Positions 7,859-16,288 of a DNA stretch of 40,001 bases are shown here, one piece after another. The DNA lies in the NCBI GenBank assembly GCA_965246885.1, contig OZ251992.1, positions 1,788,906-1,828,906 on the forward strand, read 5' to 3'. A program made the position numbers and the translations under genes. Below the pieces are notes generated by a model. It saw only the letters and a program-made list of their open reading frames with translations, was not told the DNA's origin and ran no database searches. This DNA comes from Abditibacterium sp. (GTDB lineage Bacteria > Armatimonadota > Abditibacteriia > Abditibacteriales > Abditibacteriaceae). The first letter of the stretch is position 1. Each line of letters opens with the position of its first letter.

Positions 7859-8341
7859 TCATGTGGATTCGACTTCGCCGTCTGCGGTCATTTCGTAGTC
7901 TTTAGACCAGTAGAAAACCCAGTCGCCACGCTTGCTTCTCTCTTGCCAATCTTTAAAATAGGATTGGGCTTCTTCTAAGGCTTCGTCGTCTTGACACCAA
8001 CTAAAGTCGTCAATATCCAACGGCATTGCCTGTGCGCCCACATGGTTGTCGAAGAATGGTTGAACTTTGATAGGTTGCCAAACAAGGCCTATCTCGCTTC
8101 GCCATTCTTCGATTTGCCTATCCAACATCTGCACGAACTGCTCGTCGTAAACATTGAAAGGGCCAACATCCTTTACGCGAGGAGCAGGGTGGTTCCAAAC
8201 TCTCTCCTCACGACTGAGTAAAACGCCTTCAGACGAGAAGAAATAAGCCACAAGATGAGGGCAGAGTAAGCCAATGATAACCTGTCGGCTATCGCTGGTT
8301 ACGCCGCAACGAAAATCCTCATATCCCTTGAGTGTGAACAT
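7859..8341 (-). CDS. Hypothetical protein, 160 aa, inserted between rplF and rplR
   Basis: Clean ATG-started ORF on the operon strand. It is low GC (29 of 60 at 7861-7920, against 38 of 60 at 8401-8460) and Trp/acidic-rich. I recognise no domain. Confidence 0.6.
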   Translation of the reverse strand: MFTLKGYEDFRCGVTSDSRQVIIGLLCPHLVAYFFSSEGVLLSREERVWNHPAPRVKDVGPFNVYDEQFVQMLDRQIEEWRSEIGLVWQPIKVQPFFDNHVGAQAMPLDIDDFSWCQDDEALEEAQSYFKDWQERSKRGDWVFYWSKDYEMTADGEVEST

Positions 8342-8361
8342 CGTGGTGTAACCACCCGACT

Positions 8362-8940
8362 CTACTTCTTCTTCTTATCCGCCTGTTTACCGGCTTTGCG
8401 GATGACTCGCTCGCCTTGGTAGCGCAGACCTTTGCCTTTGTAGGGTTCGACGGGGCGGCGGCCTTTGACATCCGCCGCGAAGTCGCCGAGGATTTGTTTC
8501 GAGTGGCTCGAAAGCACAATCGTCGCGGCCAGTAGGCCGTTTTCTTGGGTGGGCGTCGAAGCCGTCGCGGTGGCGGCGATGCCGTCGGGCATCGGGATGT
8601 CAACGGGGTGCGAGTAGCCGAGCGCCATTTTGAGCGTCTTGCCCGCGACTTCGGCGCGATAGCCGACGCCGCGCAGTTCGAGCGTTTTGGTGAAGCCTTC
8701 GCTCACACCTTTCACCGCGTTGAACAGCAGGGCGCGCGTCAAGCCGTGCATGGCGCGGTCTTGTTTGGTTTCGGAAGGGCGCACAACGGACATGGTGCCG
8801 CCCTCTTGGTTGACCTCGAAGTTCGCCGGAACGGGCGCCGTGACGGTGCCTTTCGGCCCCTTGACGGTCGCCACACCGTCGGCGACCGAAATCGAAACGC
8901 CGGACGGAACGGGGATAATTGCTTTGCCAATACGTGACAT
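8362..8940 (-). CDS. rplF: 50S ribosomal protein L6
   Basis: MSRIGKAIIPVPSGVSISV...VKGPKGTV...GVGYRA is the L6 pattern. Confidence 0.93.
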   Translation of the reverse strand: MSRIGKAIIPVPSGVSISVADGVATVKGPKGTVTAPVPANFEVNQEGGTMSVVRPSETKQDRAMHGLTRALLFNAVKGVSEGFTKTLELRGVGYRAEVAGKTLKMALGYSHPVDIPMPDGIAATATASTPTQENGLLAATIVLSSHSKQILGDFAADVKGRRPVEPYKGKGLRYQGERVIRKAGKQADKKKK

Positions 8941-8949
8941 GGTAAGTCT

Positions 8950-9342
8950 TCAATACACCTTGGCGAGCAGCTCGCCGCCGACTCCGGCTTTGCGCGCGGC
9001 TGCGCCGGTCAGCACGCCGCGCGGCGTGGAGAGAATCGTGATGCCGAGGCCGCCCAGAACGCGGGGGATGTCGGTTTTGCCGACATACATACGGCGGCCC
9101 GGTTTCGACACGCGCTCGATGTGTTGAATAACACGCTCGCGGTCATTGTAGCGCAGCACAACGGTAATGGTGCCCTGCTTGTTGTCTTCGACGGTGCTGT
9201 AGTCGGCGATATAGCCTTCTTGTTTCAGCACGCGCGCGATCTCGACTTTGATCTTGGAAGAAGGAACGGTGACGTCCACTTTCTTCGCTTGATTCGCGTT
9301 GCGGATACACGTCAGGAAGTCCGCGATGGGATCAGTTTGCAT
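8950..9342 (-). CDS. rpsH: 30S ribosomal protein S8
   Basis: MQTDPIADFLTCIRNANQAKK from the ATG at 9342, ending GGELLAKVY. Confidence 0.93.
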   Translation of the reverse strand: MQTDPIADFLTCIRNANQAKKVDVTVPSSKIKVEIARVLKQEGYIADYSTVEDNKQGTITVVLRYNDRERVIQHIERVSKPGRRMYVGKTDIPRVLGGLGITILSTPRGVLTGAAARKAGVGGELLAKVY

Positions 9343-9413
9343 AATGTTTCTACTTGATATCCCCACTCGTAGAAGTGGTTACCATCCGGCGCAGGGCGTT
9401 GCCCCACGCTTGC

Positions 9414-9608
9414 CTACCAAGAGCTTTTGGTCACTCCCGGAATTAACCCGCGATGCGCCATGCCGCGAAAGCAGATGCGGCAGATGCCGAAGGCGCGCAT
9501 GAAACCGCGCGGGCGACCGCATAGCCCGCAACGGTTCATGTGGCGGGCGGTTAAGTCTTTGGTTGCGTTTTGTCGCAGCGTTTTGGCGACTTTTGATTTT
9601 TTAGCCAT
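9414..9608 (-). CDS. rpsN: 30S ribosomal protein S14, short zinc-binding type Z
   Basis: 64 aa, with CGLCGRPRG...CRICFR (CxxC...CxxC) and the C-terminal GVTKSSW. Confidence 0.92.
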   Translation of the reverse strand: MAKKSKVAKTLRQNATKDLTARHMNRCGLCGRPRGFMRAFGICRICFRGMAHRGLIPGVTKSSW

Positions 9609-9744
9609 TGTCTTGTTCGTCGTTCTTGCGACGGCTTTTTGGGACGCTTGTGGCGGTGCTTTGTATCCACTTCATTATCGCCGCCGAGATGAACACCACG
9701 ACGACGAGCAGTAGAAAGGTCAAGCCCCAGCCGAAAAGTCCCAT
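9601..9744 (-). CDS. Unannotated 47-aa single-TM micro-protein between rplE and rpsN
   Basis: My own translation is [55 protein letters not shown] lies 8 nt upstream of the ATG at 9744. Its stop (9601-9603) overlaps the rpsN start region (ATGGCTAA). It falls below the apparent minimum ORF length of the ORF track (no entry is shorter than 60 aa). Confidence 0.5.
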   Translation of the reverse strand: MGLFGWGLTFLLLVVVVFISAAIMKWIQSTATSVPKSRRKNDEQDNG

Positions 9745-9756
9745 AGTGTGTCCACC

Positions 9757-10335
9757 TTACGCGGCTGTTTGCCCTTCGGCGGAAGCGTCGCCGCGTTTGC
9801 GGAACGGGAGGCCGAGTTCGCGCAGCAAAACGCGGGCTTCCTCGTCGGTTTTGGCGCTTGTGACGAAGGTCACGTCCATACCGCGCGTTTTGGTGATCTT
9901 GTCCACGTTGATTTCGGGGAAGATGACCTGCTCTTTGACGCCGAAGGTGTAGTTGCCGCGCCCGTCGAAGGAGCGGTCGGGGATGCCCTGAAAGTCGCGG
10001 ATGCGCGGCAGGGCGGCGTGGATGAGACGATATAAGAAGTCCCACATCCGCTCGCCGCGCAGCGTCACGACGCAACCAATCGGCTGCCCTTCGCGCAACT
10101 TGAAGCCCGCGATGGACTTCTTCGCCTTGCGAATGGCGGGCTTTTGCCCGGTGATGGTCGCCAGTTCTGCGGCGGCGGCGTCCATCAGTTTCGAGTCGTC
10201 TTTGGCGTCGCCCACGCCCATGTTGACGACGATCTTTTCGAGTTTGGGCAACTGCATCACGTTGGCATAGCCAAACTGCTTTTGCAGCGCCTCTTTGACC
10301 TGCTGGTCATAACGGTCTTTTAAAATAGGTGTCAT
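9757..10335 (-). CDS. rplE: 50S ribosomal protein L5
   Basis: [13 protein letters not shown]...[16 protein letters not shown] from the ATG at 10335. Confidence 0.93.
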   Translation of the reverse strand: MTPILKDRYDQQVKEALQKQFGYANVMQLPKLEKIVVNMGVGDAKDDSKLMDAAAAELATITGQKPAIRKAKKSIAGFKLREGQPIGCVVTLRGERMWDFLYRLIHAALPRIRDFQGIPDRSFDGRGNYTFGVKEQVIFPEINVDKITKTRGMDVTFVTSAKTDEEARVLLRELGLPFRKRGDASAEGQTAA

Positions 10336-10374
10336 CGAATGATGCCGAACGGTTTCCAAGCGTTCGGATGGTTA

Positions 10375-10773
10375 TTACTTCAAGCCGAAGCCCGGAAAGG
10401 GAACAACGCCAACGAAACTCAGCAGTCCAGAAGAATTTTCATCTACGAAAGCTGAATCGTATTTGAAGTTGTAAAAGACGACCGCAGTGGTCGCTTTAGT
10501 CCAACCCTTAGCAGTCGCTTCTACGATTGCGGCCTCAACGAATGTTTGCGAGCGTGAAAAACCAGCAAGCAAATCTTTAATGGGTTTCGGCCCGTCTTTG
10601 ACACTCGCTTCTGGGCCATCAGGCGGGTATATCTCGAAGTTAAAGTCGTCCCTAAACGTCTTGTTCAGACTCAGATATTCATCCAACTCTTTCTCCGAAG
10701 CGAAGTTACCCAGCCAGAAGGAGATGAATCCGCCAATCCTGAATTGTTCGTGTGTGGCTGTTGGTCTTGGCAT
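10375..10773 (-). CDS. Hypothetical protein, 132 aa, possibly Imm22-like immunity family, inserted between rplX and rplE
   Basis: FISFWLGNFASEKELDEYL...DFNFEI...LLAGFS...VVFYNFKYD matches my recollection of Imm22-family proteins (SxWxGNF...eeLxxYl...llYNFeYd). AAGGCGG precedes the ATG. GC is low (25 of 60 at 10441-10500). Confidence 0.6.
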   Translation of the reverse strand: MPRPTATHEQFRIGGFISFWLGNFASEKELDEYLSLNKTFRDDFNFEIYPPDGPEASVKDGPKPIKDLLAGFSRSQTFVEAAIVEATAKGWTKATTAVVFYNFKYDSAFVDENSSGLLSFVGVVPFPGFGLK

Positions 10774-10788
10774 TTTCCGCCTTAATAC

Positions 10789-11151
10789 TCACCCAATCGT
10801 TTCGCCGCTTTTCACGCTGACGCGGGAAACTTTGCCGTCTTCGCCTTTGACCCGTTTGACGCGGGTGGGTTTGCCGCTTTTCGGGTCGAGGAGCATGACG
10901 TTCGAGGCGTCAATGGGCATCGGTTTCTCGGTGATGCCTTCGTCGGTGTTGCCTTGCTGCTTGCGCTTGTCGGGCGTGTTTTTCATCACGTTGACGCCTT
11001 CGACGACGACTTTGCCCTTTTTCGGCAGGACTTCGAGGACGGTCTTGGGCGTTTTGCGGTCGCGGTTCTTGCCCGCAATGACGACGACTTGGTCGCCTTT
11101 GCGGATGGACAGCTTGACCGGTTCGTGTTGGGCTTTGGTGCGTTGCGCCAT
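10789..11151 (-). CDS. rplX: 50S ribosomal protein L24
   Basis: KLSIRKGDQVVVIAGKNRDRK (KOW motif), with a long C-terminal region. The start overlaps the rplN stop (TAATG). Confidence 0.92.
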   Translation of the reverse strand: MAQRTKAQHEPVKLSIRKGDQVVVIAGKNRDRKTPKTVLEVLPKKGKVVVEGVNVMKNTPDKRKQQGNTDEGITEKPMPIDASNVMLLDPKSGKPTRVKRVKGEDGKVSRVSVKSGETIG

Positions 11152-11519
11152 TAGAGAACCTCCGGGGCGAGCGACACGATTTTCATAAAGCCTTTGTCGC
11201 GCAGTTCGCGCGCGACGGGGCCGAAGATGCGCGTGCCGCGCGGGTTGCCGTCGTTGTTGATAATCACGGCGGCGTTGTCGTCAAAAGCGATGTGCGAGCC
11301 ATCGGCGCGGCGAACGCCCGTCACGGTGCGAACGATTACGGCCTTCACGACATCGTGGGTTTTGACCGGCGCGCCGGGAATCGCTTCCTTGACCGCGCAA
11401 ATAATGCGGTCGCCGACGTTGCCGAATTTGGCGTTCGAGCCTTTCATCACTCGAATGCACAGCAGTTCGCGCGCGCCGGAGTTATCGGCGCAACGTAAGC
11501 GGGTTTCTGTCTGGATCAT
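11151..11519 (-). CDS. rplN: 50S ribosomal protein L14
   Basis: [24 protein letters not shown]...[11 protein letters not shown]. Confidence 0.95.
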   Translation of the reverse strand: MIQTETRLRCADNSGARELLCIRVMKGSNAKFGNVGDRIICAVKEAIPGAPVKTHDVVKAVIVRTVTGVRRADGSHIAFDDNAAVIINNDGNPRGTRIFGPVARELRDKGFMKIVSLAPEVL

Positions 11520-11537
11520 GGTGTTCCTTGGCGGCGC

Positions 11538-11810
11538 TTATTTGGCGCGTTCGACGATCTCCAGAAGTCGCCAGTTTTTGTCTTTGGAAAGGGGGCGCGT
11601 TTCCATGATGCGGACGCGGTCGCCTTCCTTGCACTCGTTGTTTTCGTCGTGCGTTTTGAACCGCTTGGTGACGCGCTGGACGCGGCCATAAAGCGGGTGA
11701 CGCGACAAGCGTTCGACCGCGACGACGCAGGTCTTGTCCATTTTGTCGGACACAACCAAGCCTTCGCGGACTTTGCGCGCTGTTCTTTCGATGGGTGTTT
11801 GTTCTGCCAT
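11538..11810 (-). CDS. rpsQ: 30S ribosomal protein S17
   Basis: [42 protein letters not shown] from the ATG at 11810. Confidence 0.92.
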   Translation of the reverse strand: MAEQTPIERTARKVREGLVVSDKMDKTCVVAVERLSRHPLYGRVQRVTKRFKTHDENNECKEGDRVRIMETRPLSKDKNWRLLEIVERAK

Positions 11811-11871
11811 TGTGGGTTTCCTGTAGGGAATGATGTCCCCCGCTCCCTTATAGAAGGAAGCGGGTTTTTCT

Positions 11872-12123
11872 TCAGGCCGCCTGCGCTTCGCGGGCGGAAA
11901 GTTCGGTTCGCACGCGCGCAATCAGTTTGCGGACGTGCCGGATACGCATGGGGTTGGGTAGCTGCTGGAGCATCGCTTGGGTGCGGAGGTCGAATAATTC
12001 GCGCTCGCAATCCTTCAAGATGCCGTGCAGTTCCGCTTCCTCGGCGCCTTTGACTCGCTCTCGGACTTCGTAGAGCTTGACTTTGGCGTCGGCGTTGGAA
12101 ATATATCGGTTCAAATCGGCCAT
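11872..12123 (-). CDS. rpmC: 50S ribosomal protein L29
   Basis: [44 protein letters not shown]. Confidence 0.9.
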   Translation of the reverse strand: MADLNRYISNADAKVKLYEVRERVKGAEEAELHGILKDCERELFDLRTQAMLQQLPNPMRIRHVRKLIARVRTELSAREAQAA

Positions 12124-12126
12124 TGT

Positions 12127-12630
12127 TTACAACTCCTCAACGAGGACATCCTCGCTAATGCCGCCCTCGTCCGTCACGGCGCCGTCAGTCGGTTTATCGG
12201 CGACGGCTTGCGAGATGACTTCGGCTTCGCGCTGGATGAACTTGGTTGCCATCGGCAACTTCATTCGCGCGCGGCGCATTGCTTCTTCGGCGACATCGGC
12301 GGGGATGCCGGACATCTCGAACAAGATGCGCCCCGGCTTCACGACCGCGACCCAGAACTCGACGGAGCCTTTGCCGGAACCCATGCGGGTTTCGGCGGGC
12401 TTTTGCGTCACCGGTTTATCCGGGAAGACGCGAATCCACAATTGGCCGCCACGCTTGACGTGACCGCGAATCGCGCGACGCGCCGATTCGATTTGGCGGG
12501 AAGTAATCCAGCCCGCCTCGACCGCTTGGATGGCGAAGTCGCCAAACGCGATGTAGTTCCCGCGCGTCGCCACGCCGGAGCGCCGCCCTCGGTGCTGACG
12601 GCGAAATTTCACATTCTTAGGCATCAACAT
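12127..12630 (-). CDS. rplP: 50S ribosomal protein L16
   Basis: [23 protein letters not shown]...GFGDFAIQA-like core, plus an acidic C-terminal extension. Confidence 0.93.
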   Translation of the reverse strand: MLMPKNVKFRRQHRGRRSGVATRGNYIAFGDFAIQAVEAGWITSRQIESARRAIRGHVKRGGQLWIRVFPDKPVTQKPAETRMGSGKGSVEFWVAVVKPGRILFEMSGIPADVAEEAMRRARMKLPMATKFIQREAEVISQAVADKPTDGAVTDEGGISEDVLVEEL

Positions 12631-12633
12631 AAG

Positions 12634-13563
12634 TTATCTTCCGCCTCCTTGGTAGCCGCCACCGCCGCCTTGACCGCCGCGATAGCCACCGCCACCTTGA
12701 CCGCCGCCGCGATAACCGCCGCCACCTTGCCCGCCGCCCTGACCGCCGCGATAACCGCCGCCGCCACCCGGCCCGCCGCGCCCGCGATCCCCGCCGCCAC
12801 CGCGTCCCCGGTCTCCGCCGCCGTAGCCGCCCCGGTCGTCGCGTCCACCGCGATCATCGCGGCGTCCGCGCGGCGCGGTCAGCGTCGGCGCTTCCATGCC
12901 GTCAAGGATTTCGCCGCGATACACCCAGCACTTGATGCCGATGTTGCCGTAGGTCGTGGCAGCTTCGGCGGTGCCGTAGTCAATGTCGGCGCGCAGCGTG
13001 TGACGGGGGACTTTGCCCTCGTTCACGATTTCGCGCCGCGCGATCTCGGCTCCGCCCAAACGTCCCGCCGCTTCGATGCGGCACCCAAGCGCGCCATCTT
13101 TGATAACGCGCTGGAGCGTCATACGCAGGGCGCGACGATAAGCGATACGCCGCTCGATTTGCTGCGCCACGCTTTCGGCGACGAGCGTCGCGTCGAAGTT
13201 CGGGTTGCGAATCTCTTCAACGGTGACGCGCACGTCTTTGCCGGTGAACTTGCTGAGCGCCTTTTGGAGCCGCTCGATGTCCGCGCCACGCTGCCCGATG
13301 ATGACGCCGGGCTTGGCCGTGTGCAATTTGACGGTGCAACGGTTGGCTTGACGCTCGATCTCGATGCGCGAGAGAGCCGGGTCGTTGGTGCGCTCGCGCG
13401 AACCGGGACGGACGGGCTTCGACTTCACGAAACGCCGGATAAAGCGACGAATTTTCTCGTCTTCAAGTAAGAACTCTTTGTATTGGTCTTTGGAATACCA
13501 ACGGCTCTGCCAAGGTTTGATGATGCCAAGGCGCAGGCCATAAGGGTGAATTTTCTGTCCCAT
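12634..13563 (-). CDS. rpsC: 30S ribosomal protein S3 with an ~80-aa RGG/GYRGG low-complexity tail
   Basis: MGQKIHPYGLRLGIIKPWQSRWY... is the canonical S3 core to about aa 230. After that come DRGG and GGYRGGQGGG repeats. Confidence 0.93.
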   Translation of the reverse strand: MGQKIHPYGLRLGIIKPWQSRWYSKDQYKEFLLEDEKIRRFIRRFVKSKPVRPGSRERTNDPALSRIEIERQANRCTVKLHTAKPGVIIGQRGADIERLQKALSKFTGKDVRVTVEEIRNPNFDATLVAESVAQQIERRIAYRRALRMTLQRVIKDGALGCRIEAAGRLGGAEIARREIVNEGKVPRHTLRADIDYGTAEAATTYGNIGIKCWVYRGEILDGMEAPTLTAPRGRRDDRGGRDDRGGYGGGDRGRGGGGDRGRGGPGGGGGYRGGQGGGQGGGGYRGGGQGGGGYRGGQGGGGGYQGGGR

Positions 13564-13567
13564 GATA

Positions 13568-13641
13568 GGAAGGCGGAAAGCGGAAGCCGGAAAGCGGAAA
13601 GGGGCAACCCCAATTTCCGACTTCCGGTTTCCAACTTCCGC
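13568..13641. repeat. Heptamer-built long imperfect hairpin filling the rplV-rpsC spacer
   Basis: The left arm is tandem 7-mers GGAAGGC GGAAAGC GGAAGCC GGAAAGC GGAAAGG. After a CAA loop, the right arm is AATTTCC GACTTCC GGTTTCC AACTTCC. In the minus-strand RNA the arms pair with a few mismatches and G-U pairs. Confidence 0.8.
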
Positions 13642-13643
13642 GT

Positions 13644-13976
13644 TTAGACGGCCTCCTCGACAACGACGGTGATGTGGCTCATGCGCTTTTTCAATTGATC
13701 AGCGCGGCCCCGCGAACGGGGAAGGTAGCGCTTGAGCGTTTTGCCCTTATCAATCATAATGGTCCGCACGACCAAGCGGTCTTCGTCGGCGCCCTCGTTG
13801 TTGACGGCATTGGCGGCGGCGCTTTTGATGACCTTGGCCAAAATGGGCGACGCGATATGCGGGTCGAGCGCCAACATGTTTTGCGCGGTCACGACGGGTT
13901 TGCCCATCACTAATTTGGCGACGCGGCGCACTTTGAGCGGCGTCATGCGAAGGTCGCGTAGAATTGCTTTTGCCAT
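13644..13976 (-). CDS. rplV: 50S ribosomal protein L22
   Basis: [28 protein letters not shown] from the ATG at 13976, which overlaps the rpsS stop. Confidence 0.93.
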   Translation of the reverse strand: MAKAILRDLRMTPLKVRRVAKLVMGKPVVTAQNMLALDPHIASPILAKVIKSAAANAVNNEGADEDRLVVRTIMIDKGKTLKRYLPRSRGRADQLKKRMSHITVVVEEAV

Positions 13977-14254
13977 TACTTTCTCACCTTTTCGGTCGCG
14001 CCGCCATGCCGTTTGAACGTGCGTGTCGGGACGAATTCGCCCAGTTTGTGCCCGACCATGTTCTCTTGAACAAAGACCGGGACGTGTTTGCGCCCATCGT
14101 GAATGGCGATGGTATGGCCGAGCATTTCGGGGAAGATGGTCGAACGACGGCTCCACGATTTGATAATGGCCTTTTTGCCGCTCTCGTTCATCGCCTCGAT
14201 TTTCTTCATCAGCGACAGATCGACAAACGGCCCTTTTTTCAGTGAACGGGACAT
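13976..14254 (-). CDS. rpsS: 30S ribosomal protein S19
   Basis: [19 protein letters not shown]...[11 protein letters not shown]...VGHKLGEF. Confidence 0.95.
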   Translation of the reverse strand: MSRSLKKGPFVDLSLMKKIEAMNESGKKAIIKSWSRRSTIFPEMLGHTIAIHDGRKHVPVFVQENMVGHKLGEFVPTRTFKRHGGATEKVRK

Positions 14255-14257
14255 GGG

Positions 14258-15094
14258 TTACTTCTTCCTCTTTGAAATAATCATCTTGGAACTCGGCTTC
14301 TTCTTGGTGCGGGTCTTGAAGCCGATGGCTTTGACGCCGGTGGCCGAGACGGGGCCGGACTTGCGACGGCCAACACTCGCGCGGCCTTCGCCGCCGCCGT
14401 GCGGGTGGTCGTTGGGGTTCATCGCTTTACCACGAACGTGCGGCGTGATGCCGCGATGCCGATTGCGGCCCGCATTGCCCCACACGATGTTCTCCCACTC
14501 CGCGTTGCCGACGGCGCCGATGGTGGCGCGGCAACCGAGTTGAACCAAACGGGTCTCGCGCGACGGCAGCAAAATGAGCGCGAACTTGCCCTCTTTCGCT
14601 TGGAGCGTGATGGCCGTGCCCGCGCTGCGGCCCAACTGGGCGCCGCGTCCGGGTTGCAGTTCGACGTTGTGAATTGTGGTGCCGACCGGAATGTTTTGCA
14701 GGGGAAGCGCATTGCCAACGCGGATTTCTGCGGTGGCGCCGTCCATGATTTTGGCGCCGACTTTGAGGCCCGCCGGAGCGATGATGTAGCGCTTGGTGCC
14801 GTCTTCGTTCTGGATGAGCGCGATGTTGGCCGAGCGGTTCGGATCGTATTCGAGGTGCGTGACTTCGCCCGCAACGCCGTCCATACGGCGCTTGAAGTCC
14901 ACGATGCGATAGAGTCGTTTGTGACCGCCGCCTTTGTTGCGGGCGGTCATGCGGCCTTGATTGTTGCGGCCAGCCGTCTTTTTGAGCGGCTCGGTGAGCG
15001 ATTTTTCCGGTCGCTTCTCGGACAGTTCGGGATTGACGACCTTTGTCATCGAACGCCGCGCCGGAGAAGTCGGATTGTAATTCTTAATTGCCAT
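14258..15094 (-). CDS. rplB: 50S ribosomal protein L2
   Basis: [14 protein letters not shown]...GRNNQGRMT...HKRLYR...[14 protein letters not shown]. Confidence 0.95.
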   Translation of the reverse strand: MAIKNYNPTSPARRSMTKVVNPELSEKRPEKSLTEPLKKTAGRNNQGRMTARNKGGGHKRLYRIVDFKRRMDGVAGEVTHLEYDPNRSANIALIQNEDGTKRYIIAPAGLKVGAKIMDGATAEIRVGNALPLQNIPVGTTIHNVELQPGRGAQLGRSAGTAITLQAKEGKFALILLPSRETRLVQLGCRATIGAVGNAEWENIVWGNAGRNRHRGITPHVRGKAMNPNDHPHGGGEGRASVGRRKSGPVSATGVKAIGFKTRTKKKPSSKMIISKRKK

Positions 15095-15148
15095 GATCGA
15101 AAGGTTTGATACCGCCCGGTTGGACGGTATGAGGACATCTCCTTACGC

Positions 15149-15454
15149 TTAAGCGCCCTCGAAAATTTCCTTTAAGCGGGTCGCGGGCGCGCCTTCGGCG
15201 AGCGTCACGATCGCTTTCTTGTAGTCGGCGGTCTTGCCCTTGCGGGCGCGTCCGACCTGCTTGGTCTTACCTTTCACGGTGAGCGTGTGAATCGAGCGAA
15301 TCTTGGTGTCGAAGGCTTCTTCGATGGCCCGTTGGATTTCGGGCTTGTTCGCGCTCGGTTTGCACCGGAAGGTGTATTGGCCCACCATCGAGAGCTTCAC
15401 CGATTTTTCGGTGATGATGGGGCGGTCGAGGATTTCGTATAACGGCTTGCTCAT
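15149..15454 (-). CDS. rplW: 50S ribosomal protein L23
   Basis: MSKPLYEILDRPIITEKS...YTFRCKPSANKPEIQRAIE from the ATG at 15454. There is a 4-nt overlap with rplD. Confidence 0.92.
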   Translation of the reverse strand: MSKPLYEILDRPIITEKSVKLSMVGQYTFRCKPSANKPEIQRAIEEAFDTKIRSIHTLTVKGKTKQVGRARKGKTADYKKAIVTLAEGAPATRLKEIFEGA

Positions 15455-16119
15455 GCGGTCACCTCTTGGGAGGATTCGGGTTCGGCGCCTTTGCCTTCGA
15501 TGCGCAGCGTCATTTCGGCCCACGCACCGCGCGTGCAAAGCAGGTAGTCGGTGCCCAAAACGTCCACCATCGAAGTCATGCCGACATATTGCGCCTTGAC
15601 TTTGGGCAGATTGCGCGCGCTGAGCGCCACGTTCTCTTCGCCGTGCGAGGACAAAACGAGCACTTTGAACTCGGAAAGTCCCAGCGCCGCGAGCAACGCG
15701 ACCATCTCTTTGGTTTTGGGCGCCTCGAAAGAAAGGGCGTCCAATAGGTAGATGCGGTCGTTTTGCAAACGCGAGTTGAGGACGGTGCGAAACGCGGCCT
15801 GACGCATTTTGCGCGGCGTGTTTTGTGAGTAGTCGCGCGGGCGCGGGCCGTGAACGACGCCGCCACCGCGCATGTGCGGAACGCGCTTGTCGCCTTGACG
15901 CGAGCGGCCCGTTCCTTTCTGGCGCCGGATTTTGACGCCCGAACCTTTCACTTCGTCGCGCCGCTTGGCCTTGGCCGTGCCTTGTCGTTTGCCCGCCAAC
16001 TCCGCGACCATCACTTGGTGAACCAAGGTCTGTTTCGCGTTAGCGGATTCGAGTTTGGCGGGAGCGGCGAGCGTCCCAGTGGACGCCCCGCTCCGGTCGA
16101 AAATTTTGATTTCTGCCAT
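15451..16119 (-). CDS. rplD: 50S ribosomal protein L4
   Basis: MAEIKIFDRSG...RRQKGTGRSRQGDKRVPHMRGGGVVHGPRPRDY from the ATG at 16119. Confidence 0.93.
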   Translation of the reverse strand: MAEIKIFDRSGASTGTLAAPAKLESANAKQTLVHQVMVAELAGKRQGTAKAKRRDEVKGSGVKIRRQKGTGRSRQGDKRVPHMRGGGVVHGPRPRDYSQNTPRKMRQAAFRTVLNSRLQNDRIYLLDALSFEAPKTKEMVALLAALGLSEFKVLVLSSHGEENVALSARNLPKVKAQYVGMTSMVDVLGTDYLLCTRGAWAEMTLRIEGKGAEPESSQEVTA

Positions 16120-16186
16120 GTTCGTTCGCGCGCCTCTTCGCCGACGGGCGCGGATTAGTTGTTTGTGGGCTTCGTCGTCAAGCCAT

Positions 16187-16278
16187 CGGAGAAGCCGGGA
16201 TTCGAACCCGGGATGAACGGTGGAGCCATCCATAACTCATTAGCAGTGAGCCGCCTTCGACCACTCGGCCACTTCTCC
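16187..16278 (-). tRNA. tRNA-Ser (anticodon GCU), type II with a long variable arm
   Basis: The reverse complement folds by hand. Acceptor GGAGAAG/CTTCTCC. Anticodon stem GCTCA/TGAGT with loop CTGCTAA. T-arm CCGGG-TTCGAAT-CCCGG. No encoded CCA. Confidence 0.9.
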
Positions 16279-16288
16279 AAACTGCCCC

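Noticed and set aside
12025-13470. 481-aa plus-strand ORF
   Set aside because: It is antisense to rpmC, rplP and rpsC, whose products are unmistakable. Its Ala/Arg/Gly-rich composition is typical of the open antisense frame in GC-rich DNA.
6030-16233. N-terminally extended versions of r-protein ORFs in the track (for example 6030..6665, 8950..9366, 13644..14156, 15149..15538 and 15451..16233)
   Set aside because: The conserved N-termini begin at internal ATGs that abut or overlap the preceding gene's stop. The extensions run through upstream genes or palindromes.
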